Below are positions 10,347-21,915 of a DNA stretch of 64,000 nucleotides, in pieces. The translations under genes and the position numbers were made by a program. The first letter of the stretch is position 1, and each line of letters opens with the position of its first letter. Origin of the DNA: an uncultured Nitrososphaeraceae archaeon (GTDB lineage: Archaea; Thermoproteota; Nitrososphaeria; Nitrososphaerales; Nitrososphaeraceae). The notes under the pieces were generated by a model. That model was not told the origin of the DNA. It saw only the letters and a program-made list of their open reading frames with translations, and ran no database searches. The stretch lies in contig CAWIMJ010000012.1 of the NCBI GenBank assembly GCA_963837175.1, positions 160,001 to 224,000 of the forward strand. The letters run 5' to 3'.

Positions 10347-11651
10347 CTATCTATAGATATCATCATCATGATATCCGCCAATATTCCTTAGTGGTATTAC
10401 TTCTACTCTTTTGCCCTTCATCAATTTACTATCGTTATTATCTACTATAATCATACCATTTGACTTTGTTAATGTGGAAAGCAGACTGGCACCTGCTGCG
10501 CTAATAGGCTCAGCCAAATAAGAACCATTGTTTCTTACCACTTGTACTCTAACAAATGTACGAAAGTTTTTAAATGTATTTATGTTGGACGCCATTGTCG
10601 CAATTATTTTTGTTGTGATTGGCCCTTCAGTTTTTAATATCTTTAAAATCACTGGCCGTCCAAAGGTGTAAAATGCAACAAACGAAGATACTGGAAAGCC
10701 CGGGCTAACAATTATTGGTTTGTTATTAACAACACCAAGTGCTGTTGGAGAGCCAGGTTTCATCGCAATCCCATGTACAACAAGTCCTGGTTTTCCCAAA
10801 CTGTTTATAAGATCAGGTACATAGTCTTTTTCGCCTACTGATGCACCGCCAGATACAACAACCAAGTCAAACTTGAGTGCTTCTTTTAACTTAGAGAATA
10901 TCAGATCTCTCTCATCTTTACATATTCCAAGATCAACTACCTCTCCTCCAGATTCTCTTATCATACCGGCTATCATGTATCTATTACTTTCAAATATGGA
11001 AGTATCATCAAGTCTGGATCCAGGTTCTACTAATTCATCGCCAGTTGCAAATATTGCAACCTTTGGTTTCTTATAAACTGGAACTCTATTAATGCCAACT
11101 GAAGCTATCAGACCCACATCTTGTGAAGTAAGCCATGTACCTCTCTTGAAAAGAGTTTGTCTATTCTTTATATCTTCACCCTTTAATGCTATATTTTTGC
11201 CTTTTCCTATTTCATTAAAGATCTTAAGTGTATTGTTTTGTTGCTCTGTATGCTCTACCATTACTACTGCATCTGCACCCTTAGGAACTCTAGCGCCAGT
11301 TGCTATTGCTACTGCCTTTCCAGATTCAACCATGTGCTGTGCTTCTTGACCAGCAGTTATCCTACCTATAACATCAAGTAAGATAGGATGCTTCATTGAT
11401 GCTCCCCTGGTATCATTTGATTTTATTGCATAACCATCCATTTCCGCCTTGATAAATGAAGGTATATCTATGAGACTTGACAAATTCTTTGACAGTACCC
11501 TGTTTTGTGCATCTTGCAGAGTAACATACTCTGTTAGACGAAAAGTTTTTGACCAATTAATACAAGAAAGAAATTTTTTGAGAGCAACATTTGCAGGAGT
11601 ATGCTTCGTAGGACCATGATGTTTTGTATTAGGTGTGGGAATAGGGTGCAT
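10347..11651 (-). CDS. moeA: Molybdopterin molybdenumtransferase
   Basis: MDGYA, IATGA..P.GADAVVMVE, TGDEL, SGGASVG..D, MKPG motifs. Confidence 0.95.
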   Translation of the reverse strand: MHPIPTPNTKHHGPTKHTPANVALKKFLSCINWSKTFRLTEYVTLQDAQNRVLSKNLSSLIDIPSFIKAEMDGYAIKSNDTRGASMKHPILLDVIGRITAGQEAQHMVESGKAVAIATGARVPKGADAVVMVEHTEQQNNTLKIFNEIGKGKNIALKGEDIKNRQTLFKRGTWLTSQDVGLIASVGINRVPVYKKPKVAIFATGDELVEPGSRLDDTSIFESNRYMIAGMIRESGGEVVDLGICKDERDLIFSKLKEALKFDLVVVSGGASVGEKDYVPDLINSLGKPGLVVHGIAMKPGSPTALGVVNNKPIIVSPGFPVSSFVAFYTFGRPVILKILKTEGPITTKIIATMASNINTFKNFRTFVRVQVVRNNGSYLAEPISAAGASLLSTLTKSNGMIIVDNNDSKLMKGKRVEVIPLRNIGGYHDDDIYR

Positions 11652-12080
11652 GTGATATTATAATTTATCAGCCAATCAATAAGCGTTACCTGCCGACTTG
11701 ATAGCATCCATCGTATCTAAAACACTCATATAATACTAAAAGCAGAGTGGTAGGAATATGTTTAACTACAAATGATCTATGATTTTACTGTATGATATAC
11801 CAAATTATCTTTATCAACTGTTGCATTAAAAATAACGTCTGCAAGGATTTAAAGCGTTGTCATATTATCCTCATTAATACCACCATTAAAAGACCTTGAC
11901 AAACTTATGGTCCATTTCACACTAAAGAACAAACATGCTCACATAAAGCTGATAAAAGTATACTAGAACAACAATTTTACTTAGGTAAAAAGAAATATAT
12001 CAAAAATGAATTTATTAAAATATTATATCTATGAAGCTTAAAATATGTAATATAGATGCGAGCAATAATTTGAATGGTAA

Positions 12081-12878
12081 ATGTACAAGGAAAGACCTTT
12101 CATAGACTATCTGCAGGAAATCAGGATAAGGATAATCAGGATAGTTCTTGCAGTGGTATTAGTCACAATTCTTTGTATGACTTTAACGATCAACATGCCC
12201 GATTTCAACGGTTACAAAATACCATTACCATATCCAAATCCTTCGAATAATATAGCAATTCAAGTAATAATTACCATGAAGGAGAATTTACTTCCTGAAA
12301 ACGTTACTCTTATACAAATCGCACCAGGACAAGCTTTCTTTGCTCAGATCTATGTAGCAGCTATATTAGGAATAATCCTAGCTGTGCCAGTTATAGTCAG
12401 GGAGATTGTTGCATTCATAGGTCCGGGGCTTTATCAACATGAAAAGGCAACTGTAAAAAAGATTGCCATATATGCCTTAGGGCTCTTTGCAATGGGCAGC
12501 TTATTCTCTTACTTTATGGTTATACCTTACATACTTAAATTTTTATATATATATGGAGAGACCATTGGTATTAGTACATTCTTTGAAATAACAGAGTTTG
12601 TTCCCTTTGTAATGCATCTCTTAATCGCCTTCGGGCTTTCATATCAACTTCCGATCATAATGTGGGCTACTACCGTATCTGAAATAGTTGAACCCAGATT
12701 CTGGAGAGATAACTTAAGGTATGTCATAATCATCATTGCTATCTTTAGTGCAATAATAACCCCTGATGGTAGTGGGATCACCATGTGGTTTATAGCCGGA
12801 CCGATGCTCCTACTTTATTTGCTTGGCATCCTATTGGTAGAAAGGAAGATTAAAAGGACATCTCCAAAATTGACATAG
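12081..12878 (+). CDS. tatC: Twin-arginine translocase subunit TatC
   Basis: 6 TM helices; AFIGPGLYQHEK, FGLSYQLP, AIITPDGS motifs. Confidence 0.92.
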   Translation: MYKERPFIDYLQEIRIRIIRIVLAVVLVTILCMTLTINMPDFNGYKIPLPYPNPSNNIAIQVIITMKENLLPENVTLIQIAPGQAFFAQIYVAAILGIILAVPVIVREIVAFIGPGLYQHEKATVKKIAIYALGLFAMGSLFSYFMVIPYILKFLYIYGETIGISTFFEITEFVPFVMHLLIAFGLSYQLPIIMWATTVSEIVEPRFWRDNLRYVIIIIAIFSAIITPDGSGITMWFIAGPMLLLYLLGILLVERKIKRTSPKLT

Positions 12879-13432
12879 CAATTAATATTTGTCAAATAGA
12901 TATGAATTGTATATTGGTATAGTGGTATGATAAACTGATATTTCGGATCTCATCCGATTATTCAGGATATCTCTGTCATACAACAAATACCATTTGGATA
13001 TCTGTTGTACTTCTCTCTCATTACATTTGCTATGCTGCATCCTCTTATGACACAGACACTTAGATCTCACACTGCTGAAAGAGGTATGAACCTTCAGGAT
13101 ACTTATAAACAAAATATCTATATATATGATCAATTTATGATACTATATTGTAATATTTCTTCTTTAATTCAAATGTCTCTTCTTTTTAGTTTTGTTGATG
13201 GACAGTAGCAAGAAAAATTAGTCCAAGTTCAACCTAGTCATATCTATCTCTCTCTGACTTCTATATTGGGTTGGTCACAGATTAATTACAAAAATAATAT
13301 CTTCAGCGCTGGAATTGTAATCCTTCTCTCCAAAATTCTCTTTTCCCATCATTAGTGAATTTTTCATATGCCTATCTTTCTACCTTCTTGATGCGAGTTT
13401 ATAATATTAAACCCCCTCTTAAGACCTATTGC

Positions 13433-13903
13433 TTAACAGGGGGTAAAGACTTTTAAGATATCCATTGCGGATATCGATGCCATACCACATCTACGATCCT
13501 TAATCATGACCTTACCACTCTGAGGGTCCATAACCATCATCATACCAGTTGCACTGTACATTTTACCACTCTGAGGGTCCATAACCATCATCATACCAGT
13601 TGCATTGTCCATCATCATCATCATATTACTTTTAGGGTCCATCATCATAAGCTTGCCATTTTTAGAGTTGTTCATAATCATCAACGTGCCACTCTCAGGG
13701 TCCATCATCATACCAGTTTTGTTGTCTATCGATAGTTGTTGTTGTGCTAGAACTTTCTGTGAAGGTAGAGGATACATAATAAGAGAAAAAAGCAATGATG
13801 ATATTAGGAGTAAAATGGATGAAATGACAATAGCAGACATTATTGTGGTAGTATTGTTATTATCTGTCTGTTGTTTTTTCCTTATTAAGCCAAGAGTTTT
13901 CAT
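13433..13903 (-). CDS. Exported/membrane-anchored Met-rich repeat protein
   Basis: Hydrophobic N-terminal segment followed by (G)MMMDPxSG repeats; exact 42-bp duplication at 13512-13553 and 13563-13604. Confidence 0.75.
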   Translation of the reverse strand: MKTLGLIRKKQQTDNNNTTTIMSAIVISSILLLISSLLFSLIMYPLPSQKVLAQQQLSIDNKTGMMMDPESGTLMIMNNSKNGKLMMMDPKSNMMMMMDNATGMMMVMDPQSGKMYSATGMMMVMDPQSGKVMIKDRRCGMASISAMDILKVFTPC

Positions 13904-14040
13904 TGGGTGATATATTATTTCCTCATATATACTAGTTATGATTTTGTTCTTTTTTCTAAGAATTTAATGTATTGACAACCGGCAAAAATTTAGACATCAT
14001 ATTTTGATAAAATCTATTAATATTAAACACAAATAGTACC

Positions 14041-14350
14041 TTACTTTCATACTCTCCGTTTGATTATTAGTATCTTCTATGGCATCTATCAAATCCTTTT
14101 GATTGAACCATCCTTTGTTTAATTTTAGTGACTTTTTTTGAAATTTTTGTTACACCCACTAATTTGCTTCTGCAAGCCGCAGTAATTTCTGCAAGTTTCT
14201 GACAATAGCATTTAGAAGTTCGTTGTTTTCTGAATTTTCTTCCCTAGAGCGAAGGACCTCGGATATGCCAAGTATTACGTAACTCACGAGCTCTAATATT
14301 AATAAACTCCTTCTGTGCTTCATTACGGATTTTTAATTCATCATAAACGT
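14041..14350 (-). pseudogene. Sensor histidine kinase (HisKA) remnant
   Basis: YDELKIRNEAQKEFINIRARELR/ILGISEVL..LLNAIVRNLQKLLRL, a degenerate EFINIAAHELRTP H-box with frameshifts. Confidence 0.7.
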
Positions 14351-14858
14351 AGGATCTGCTCAATTTTCTGTTCCATCTGTTATGCCAAAATTACCTTTAA
14401 TTCCATATAAATGATGTATTCATTCAATATTTTTATTAGTTGTTTACAGTAAAGAATACCCTAAGAGTATTTAAAGCACTATTTAATATTCTTCAGGCTC
14501 ATACAGCACCTTTGTAAATTCATTGTATCTGTCAATGTATGACGTCAATAGTGAACTCAAATTTGCATTCAGTTTTGAAAAATATAAAGATCTTGACAAA
14601 TATTCAATCAATAAATGAATTATGGATGATAGTGGCAATAATGTAACATAGGGCATTAATCCTATTTGATAAAATTATTAAAGCTCGCTTTGATACTGCT
14701 GTTTTCTAAAGGAGTATAATACTATCTTGCATATACAACAAAGGTAAGGTCAGATACAAGTTAGAACATAAGGCAATGTTATGCAATAACATCTCTCTTA
14801 TCTGTAAAAATCACACATATTACAATAGGTTAAAATAAAAAATGAAAGAAAACAAATA

Positions 14859-16235
14859 TTGATCTATTTGAATACTCCAAAAATTGTTGTAGCTGGTGCA
14901 ACCAGCGGAGTAGGCAAGACTACCATAACAACGGCTATCATGTATGCACTCACCAAAAATGGATTTCATGTTCAGCCGTTTAAAATAGGTCCGGATTTTA
15001 TTGATCCCAGTTATCATACAATTGTTACTGGAAGACCTTCACGCAATCTAGATGTATGGATGATGGGCAAATATGGGGTGTTAAAATGTTTCAATAATGC
15101 ATCACAAGGAGCAGACGTTGCAATCATCGAAGGTGTCATGGGCTTATTCGATGGTCTTTCAGGAATAAATGACTATGCAAGTACGGCACAGATAGCAAAA
15201 ATGCTTGATGCACCTGTGATACTTGTAATCGATGCAGGAAAAGCAGCACGCTCAATAGCAGCCATTGCACTTGGCTTTTTACATTTTGATCAAAAAGTGA
15301 GAATATCAGGCTTTATTTTAAATAATGTTGCTGGTGATAAGCATGCGAAATTCGTTCTCGATGCCTTTGCATGTAAAGTTAATGTCCCAATAATAGGAAT
15401 TGTCAGGCGAGACAAAAAAATTACAATGGAAGAGCGTCATTTAGGTCTTATTCCTGCACTGGAACTTGAAAAGAAAAAAAAATCAATATATCAATCTGCA
15501 AAATATATATCAGAACAAATTGATCTGGAAAAGATAAAATCACTATGTAATCAAGTAAATAGAACAAAGGTAATACATAGAGCCTTTCCTGATAGTCAAA
15601 TCAGAATTGCAGTAGCATTGGATGAATCATTTAATTTTTACTATGCTGATAACTTTGATGCCCTTAGAAAGCAGCAAGCAGAACTTATATTCTTCAGTCC
15701 AGTAAATGATGCAGAACTGCCAGAGAACATTCATGGAATTATTCTCGGCGGGGGTTTTCCAGAGATTTTAGCTGACAAACTTGAATCTAATCAAGCAATG
15801 ATAAAATCAATATCAAAAGCGGCTACGAATGGAATGCCAATTTATGGCGAATGTGGAGGTTTAATGTACCTTACTAGATCAATTAGAAGATACAATAAAG
15901 GAAAAAACAAAAGACGAAAGATGATTGGATTGATAGATGCAGATACATTCATGAGTGGTAAGTTGACCTTAAATTATACTGAGGCTGACTGTACATCCTC
16001 ATTTTTTGAGAATATGTCTAAAATCAGAGGTCATGAATTCCATTACTCTAATATTGAAAATATTTCTAATGATTCAAAATTTGCTTATACTATGAGAAGA
16101 GGTAATGGAATAGATAACAAAAGAGACGGTTTGGTCGTATACAACTGTCTTGCATCCTATATGCATCTTCATTTTGCAGATAGTCGATTACCAGAAAGGT
16201 TTAGCAAGAAATGTGTGGAATTTTTGCATAAATAA
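14859..16235 (+). CDS. cbiA: Cobyrinate a,c-diamide synthase
   Basis: SGVGKT, FKIGPDFID, EGVMGLFDG, ERHLGL, GGGFPE, GECGG, GHEFHYS. Confidence 0.96.
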   Translation: MIYLNTPKIVVAGATSGVGKTTITTAIMYALTKNGFHVQPFKIGPDFIDPSYHTIVTGRPSRNLDVWMMGKYGVLKCFNNASQGADVAIIEGVMGLFDGLSGINDYASTAQIAKMLDAPVILVIDAGKAARSIAAIALGFLHFDQKVRISGFILNNVAGDKHAKFVLDAFACKVNVPIIGIVRRDKKITMEERHLGLIPALELEKKKKSIYQSAKYISEQIDLEKIKSLCNQVNRTKVIHRAFPDSQIRIAVALDESFNFYYADNFDALRKQQAELIFFSPVNDAELPENIHGIILGGGFPEILADKLESNQAMIKSISKAATNGMPIYGECGGLMYLTRSIRRYNKGKNKRRKMIGLIDADTFMSGKLTLNYTEADCTSSFFENMSKIRGHEFHYSNIENISNDSKFAYTMRRGNGIDNKRDGLVVYNCLASYMHLHFADSRLPERFSKKCVEFLHK

Positions 16236-16291
16236 AAAATGTATGCAATATTTATTGAAGAGACAGAAATGGCGTTGCCAATTCATCACAT

Positions 16292-16549
16292 CTATACTCC
16301 TATTTCCTTTGCTAGTCTGACTACCTGTTTCCCTTCTTTAGTAAGCTTGTTATACATCCTATTTTTTAGGATCTTTCTTTCAACTAACTTATTTTTCTCT
16401 GCTTTGAGTAAAAGTTTATGACCATACCCATACAATCCTACTTTCTGCAACAATTCTCTAGTCTGGTATTCTTTATCGCCAATCTTTTTGAGTAATCTTA
16501 CAAGAGCCCTTTCTTTAATTAAGATTTTTAATAATTCGTTTTTTTTCAT
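16292..16549 (-). CDS. Small basic winged-helix-like protein
   Basis: Basic 85-aa protein with GLV.R and YNKLTKEGK wing-type motif. Confidence 0.6.
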   Translation of the reverse strand: MKKNELLKILIKERALVRLLKKIGDKEYQTRELLQKVGLYGYGHKLLLKAEKNKLVERKILKNRMYNKLTKEGKQVVRLAKEIGV

Positions 16550-17293
16550 GCTGTTACTATGAACTAGTAAACATATAAATATATTTATAACTACGTAAAA
16601 CTAAATTTTCTATAATACTTACTGATACTGTGTTGATTAAATATAATAATATATACATATAAGCAGTATAAATAAATGAAAAATTAGAAAATCAAAGGGT
16701 AATATAGTAATTTCCTATATCAATAATAAGTTTCTCTATCGTTTCTTTTCATGGTATACACATAATATTGCTGATATCACTATTCTATAGGTTCGACTCA
16801 TTTAACTTCATGTCATCATCATTATTCCAAACACAGAATCCCTATTGTATAATCTTTCAAAAATAAACATTATTACCATCGTGTTCTTGGTTATTGTTAG
16901 TTATTACACCATCTGCAAGTATTTAATAGCGATCTATACTTATTTATTTCCATTATTCACTTCAGCAATAGATTATAATTGATGTTCATAACTGGTCGCC
17001 ACTAAGAATAATCATGCATTCTTATACACTTATATCAAATTAAATTAAATATATTCAAGATCAAACTTCATAAAAGCCTCTAATCTTCAATAGTCCTACA
17101 GATCATTAGAAAACAAATGTAAATATAGAGAAATAATGAAGAGCCTGTATTATTTCTTTTAATTTAATTCAATTGACTGTTTTTAACTTATAATATAACA
17201 AGTCATACTTAGCTATTCTATATATCATTAAATTAGCTAGTTATTTGTCCTGTTTAATAATTATACATATATGATAAAGTGCAGAATTAGATA

Positions 17294-17446
17294 ATGGATT
17301 ACGCTTCTTTACTATCAATACTGGTTGGCGCAGGGACTGGGATAGCTAGTATTTGCATAGGATTATCCTTATTTATAATGCTAAAAGGCGAAAAATCACA
17401 GATCCCTCGTAATAAATCAGCAGCAACAAAAGAAAAAAGGCGCTAG
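17294..17446 (+). CDS. 50-aa single-TM small protein
   Basis: MDYASLLSILVGAGTGIASICIGLSLFIMLKGEKSQIPRNKSAATKEKRR: one TM plus a basic tail. Confidence 0.55.
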   Translation: MDYASLLSILVGAGTGIASICIGLSLFIMLKGEKSQIPRNKSAATKEKRR

Positions 17447-19238
17447 GCAGAAATTCAAGACATAGGAGTCTATCCTTATTTAACTAACTATTTTACTTCA
17501 ATATTGCTACAACAGCAAGAGAATCATTAATATGATGACAATAATACTGCTCATCTTACCAATTTAATCTTGTTACTATCACAAATTAGTGATAATTATA
17601 ACCTCGCATTCTTATACTCAACGGAGGCGAATAATAGTGTAAAATCATAATCAGATACTATAACAATAATCTTCAGCCATGAGGATAAAATATATGGGAA
17701 TATTCTAGTGCTAAGCATAGAGGGCAAAAAGAGAAGCAAGAGAGATGAAACAAAAGAATAATATCTCACAAAGAAGCACATATACTCTACTGTAAAAAAC
17801 GTAGATAAGAAAGGCGGTAAATAGAGTATAGAAGAATATCAACTATACTCATGTTCATGAGACTATATGAATGTGGGAATGTTCGATCATATGTAAATGG
17901 ATCTGCTCAACGCTGATTATTGGGCTATAAATAAAATGATTACATAATTGTTGTTTAATAATAATACTATGTAGCTGCAAATGTATTTCGAAAAATTTAT
18001 TATGAGAGTTAAATAATATTACACAAACCTTTTCAGATTATTTTGCAAATTACTTTTTTACTTCTCTATTTCAGGATTAGAAATAACATCATTATTTACA
18101 GACATTCACATCTCATATTGAATAATTTAAACTATCTTCAATCGCTTGTAAATCCTTTTCAAAATGTTTACCATAAGTATAATAATAATCTTAATTATGA
18201 CAATTTGAATTTGCCATCATCTATAAGATAAATTCATTATTAGTATAACGAATGTATTTGTAATTTAATCAAGACTGTTGGCACAGAGTCTTCGTGATTA
18301 CTCAGTTTTCATCTCCTGCAAGCTTTATACATTTAGGTACACTAGCCAATTGCGTTTTTACTTTTGAAGATTGTAATTGTGATGATTAGTGTTATTATTG
18401 TGTTGTAATTGGCATTGCTGCTCCAGACTGAAATGATTTGTTGGCTTAAATTAAACAGCCTTAGTTTAATTGGAAAATCATAAATTTTAGTATAGCAAAG
18501 ATATATCAATATGTCATCTAATTCCTCCCATATAACATGAATATGATACAATAGCTATCGTTATGTATTATCTCACGAAATTTATTTCTATTACAATTCT
18601 ACTATACTAACTAACAAAAGTTCGTTTACAGATTTTTCTTAATATGTAAGGTTTACTATGCTTAAAAAATCCTTTTACTTGGTTTTAAAAGATATACGAA
18701 ATTATGTTAGGCAGTATACTATCATGTTAAAGTAGAGATGAATCACCATAATCTTGCGTGATATTTAGAAAGCACGATAATAGCATTTTTACGACAATAT
18801 TATTTTTTAATAATTCCTTACCAAAATACGGAAACTCATTTTTAGAGTGATTGGTTCAAAGATTCTTAGTAGAGTATATATTAATTTGACGCTATTACAT
18901 GATAGCATCAGTCTATTCTCTCTGTTATTATACTCTTTTTAGAAACTAAAATTCTATTTTTGTATTATTTATAATCCGTCAGATCGTAGTTCATATAGAT
19001 ATAATTTTAGAAGGATGACAGGTCATTGGATTGCATCTTCCAATTGCTTAGTATTGTTGAAATGTTTCTCTAACTGAAAGGCTAACACAGTTTTAGACAA
19101 GCTTCTAATTTTTAAATTCTCTTGAATTCTTATTACGTTTAGATGCCCTCGCGATGAATTTTCAAGTACACAAAAATTTTGTAAGAATAACAATACTAAA
19201 AGAAAGACAGATATTCTTCATTAATCATTAATACCATA

Positions 19239-19547
19239 TTGACCCATAATGGAATAGATATTGATCAGTATCTTCTACTTACTATCTATCCTAGTATTCT
19301 ATTCTTCGGAGTTGGGTTTATTGCAAAAAAAACTACCATGCGTGAATCTCTCAAGTATGCTTTGCAGGCATTAATATGTATTATTTTTTCGATAGTTTAT
19401 TTTGTAGTAATACCCAATGGTGGGGCACAGGGACTTGCATTAGTGCTAGCAATTTTAGGCGTAATTCTATTAATTATGGCCAAAAAATACATTGTGCATC
19501 CGTTAGAAGAGGAAGAAAAAGAAAGCGAAGGTCAATCCACTACTTGA
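19239..19547 (+). CDS. Small 3-TM membrane protein
   Basis: Three hydrophobic segments and an acidic tail. Confidence 0.65.
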   Translation: MTHNGIDIDQYLLLTIYPSILFFGVGFIAKKTTMRESLKYALQALICIIFSIVYFVVIPNGGAQGLALVLAILGVILLIMAKKYIVHPLEEEEKESEGQSTT

Positions 19548-20206
19548 ACTGATGGAACATAGTGTTGCAGAAGAAAAGAATTTATGTATTGCTACAAGCA
19601 TGTTTTTTCCGTTATCATTAAAGATTATGATGGCCATCAGACGATTTTAAATATAATATTGTTGGAAGTAAGAAAAACAATAGGCACTCAACGTTGTAAA
19701 TACTAATGTAATGGCTGTCCCTATGATTATCCTTGTCATTACTAGTCGGTCCCCGCTCTGACTAACGCTATTGCCCATATAACATAGATGGTTAGTCGAA
19801 TAATATCACAAAATCTTCAGACGGAGGTAGTATTATGTAACGTAGGAACAGATAATCATACATTAAGGTTTTACTCGTAACCATCAGTTATTCTCCATTT
19901 AAAGTGGACAATAATCACATCGATATAACTATAAATATTAATAATGATTGAATTTAAGGAAGATAAGGTAGTTTTATGCTACTCACAAAGCATATCATTA
20001 GCGAAAAGAGCGTCAGAACGTTTAATGCGACTCTCCTGAGATATTCTTAATCGATTATCGATTTGAAGTGTTCACAGATGGAGAGCAGTAGCAATTATGA
20101 TATGAATAAATAAAAGATCATAATAATATATATTATTTCTGGCATACTTAAAATATAATAGATAACCATCTTAATCGCTTATAACCTATAAAGTATTTAC
20201 TATATT

Positions 20207-20707
20207 ATGATTAATAAAGATAACAACAATTACAATGATAATACGACTGAACCCACTGCGACGACAGATATTAAAGAAGAAACCATTGTTATTTCTCCGT
20301 CTAGTACTGAATATAAAATACATGATCAAAAGTCTTCAATTGAAGAAGAAGACGACGAAGACGATGAATCTATATCTTCCAAGGCCAAAGAAGCAGGACA
20401 ATCTTTTAAGGATTTTATAGTCACATTTGGCAAGAAAGCAATGGCCGTAACAGAAGAGAAAACCATTAAGACTACAAACGAATCTCTAGATATCGGCGCA
20501 AAAAAGGATTCACAGGCTATTCAAACTCTAGGTGCAAATGTTGAGAAGGCAATAACGGTTTTTGAAGATACGATTACTGACCTGCGCAAAGAATCATATG
20601 ATGAACAAGCTCAAATATTAACAGGATATAAAAAGTTAATACAAGAACAAATAAACCTCATTAATGCAAGGCTAAGTATGGTTAAGAGGTTTAAACCAGT
20701 AGAGTGA
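20207..20707 (+). CDS. Hypothetical acidic/coiled-coil protein
   Basis: 166-aa ORF with a helical amphipathic C-terminal half. Confidence 0.7.
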   Translation: MINKDNNNYNDNTTEPTATTDIKEETIVISPSSTEYKIHDQKSSIEEEDDEDDESISSKAKEAGQSFKDFIVTFGKKAMAVTEEKTIKTTNESLDIGAKKDSQAIQTLGANVEKAITVFEDTITDLRKESYDEQAQILTGYKKLIQEQINLINARLSMVKRFKPVE

Positions 20708-21255
20708 AATAAAGTACTGTACTATTAAAATTAGTTTAAACTCTAATATCATACAACGATTTTGATTTATACGAATGAGGATTACTAATGTATAGGGTAT
20801 CTAGTGTTGAGACAGTAATCAATGTAATTAAGAATTTCTGATAGAATTTAAGCAATTTGCTGCTAATCTTATTGATTGACTACATCTCGTTTCAAGTAGT
20901 AATATAATACAGTAAAAATATTGTTGGTACTAATTAGTATTAATAATGTAAAAATTGAAAAGGTAGTAGATAATGATACTCCTAACAGGATTGAATAATA
21001 CTATTGCTACTATTATACAGCAACTACGTAAACGAACATGCATCTAATTTTGTTTGTGCATGTTCAATTTGATACTTATATAATATCGACAGACGTAACA
21101 AAGTGATAGCAAGATACAATTGGAGAATAACGAAATCCTAATAAATACTGTTGTTAGTATCAGGTTTCTCAAATTTTTCTTCTACAATAGATACTTACAA
21201 CTAGATACGATGTTACTATACTACTCTGCTATGACTTATTATTTCTGTAGATATA

Positions 21256-21474
21256 CTATTCGTAAACAGGTTTACCTTCAGAATTATATCTCTTAACTCT
21301 CCTCCCTTCTTGACTTGCTCCGGATGATGTGGAGGATGAGGAGGAGTAAGAAGGTTCGTTAGTCACTTCTGTAGTTGCGGTTTTTGATCTACGTCCTCTT
21401 GCAATACCCAATATGATCCCCAATCCTATCATGAAGCCAGCAGTTATAGCAAACATAAACATCTGGTCAGCCAT
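21256..21474 (-). CDS. Small single-TM protein
   Basis: N-terminal TM, Ser-rich linker, charged C-terminus. Confidence 0.65.
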   Translation of the reverse strand: MADQMFMFAITAGFMIGLGIILGIARGRRSKTATTEVTNEPSYSSSSSTSSGASQEGRRVKRYNSEGKPVYE

Positions 21475-21915
21475 TGTTATTATCAGTAGATGATGTCAGA
21501 ATTAAACATGTCGGTAACAAGCGTTTATCTAGAATTGAATCCATAAGCCTAAAATTAAAGATTCTTGAGCTTTAAGGCAATTTGTATTCCATGTTATAAA
21601 AATACATACATACTACTAGTCAATTCTTTTTGAGTTTATATAAGAATTTAAACGAAAATGCGCCTGGAAAACAATATTATAATACTCTATATATCAAATT
21701 AACCAAATCTAAAAATCAGAAAAACATACGACTGTAAATAACATAATTAGGAAATCTAGTAGAATAAACAAAGTATTCAGCAAAGAGAATATTAACTAGA
21801 TTAAATATAACTGCAAGGATTATATGCGAGAAATTAAGCCTGTTGATGTATAGCGAAATCTTCAAAATGCTTACATGATGTACAGAGAAATGATCATGTA
21901 TAATAGAGGAATAAA

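Noticed and set aside
16785-16805. GGTTCGACTC tRNA T-loop-like word
   Set aside because: No cloverleaf stems around it; no tRNA or rRNA found in the window
21034-21065. Inverted repeat GAACATGCA-N14-TGCATGTTC
   Set aside because: Single isolated instance, not near a gene start; no function can be supported
21700-21915. TPP riboswitch upstream of the CytX-like transporter
   Set aside because: No GCUGAGA/CUGAU core motifs or stems visible
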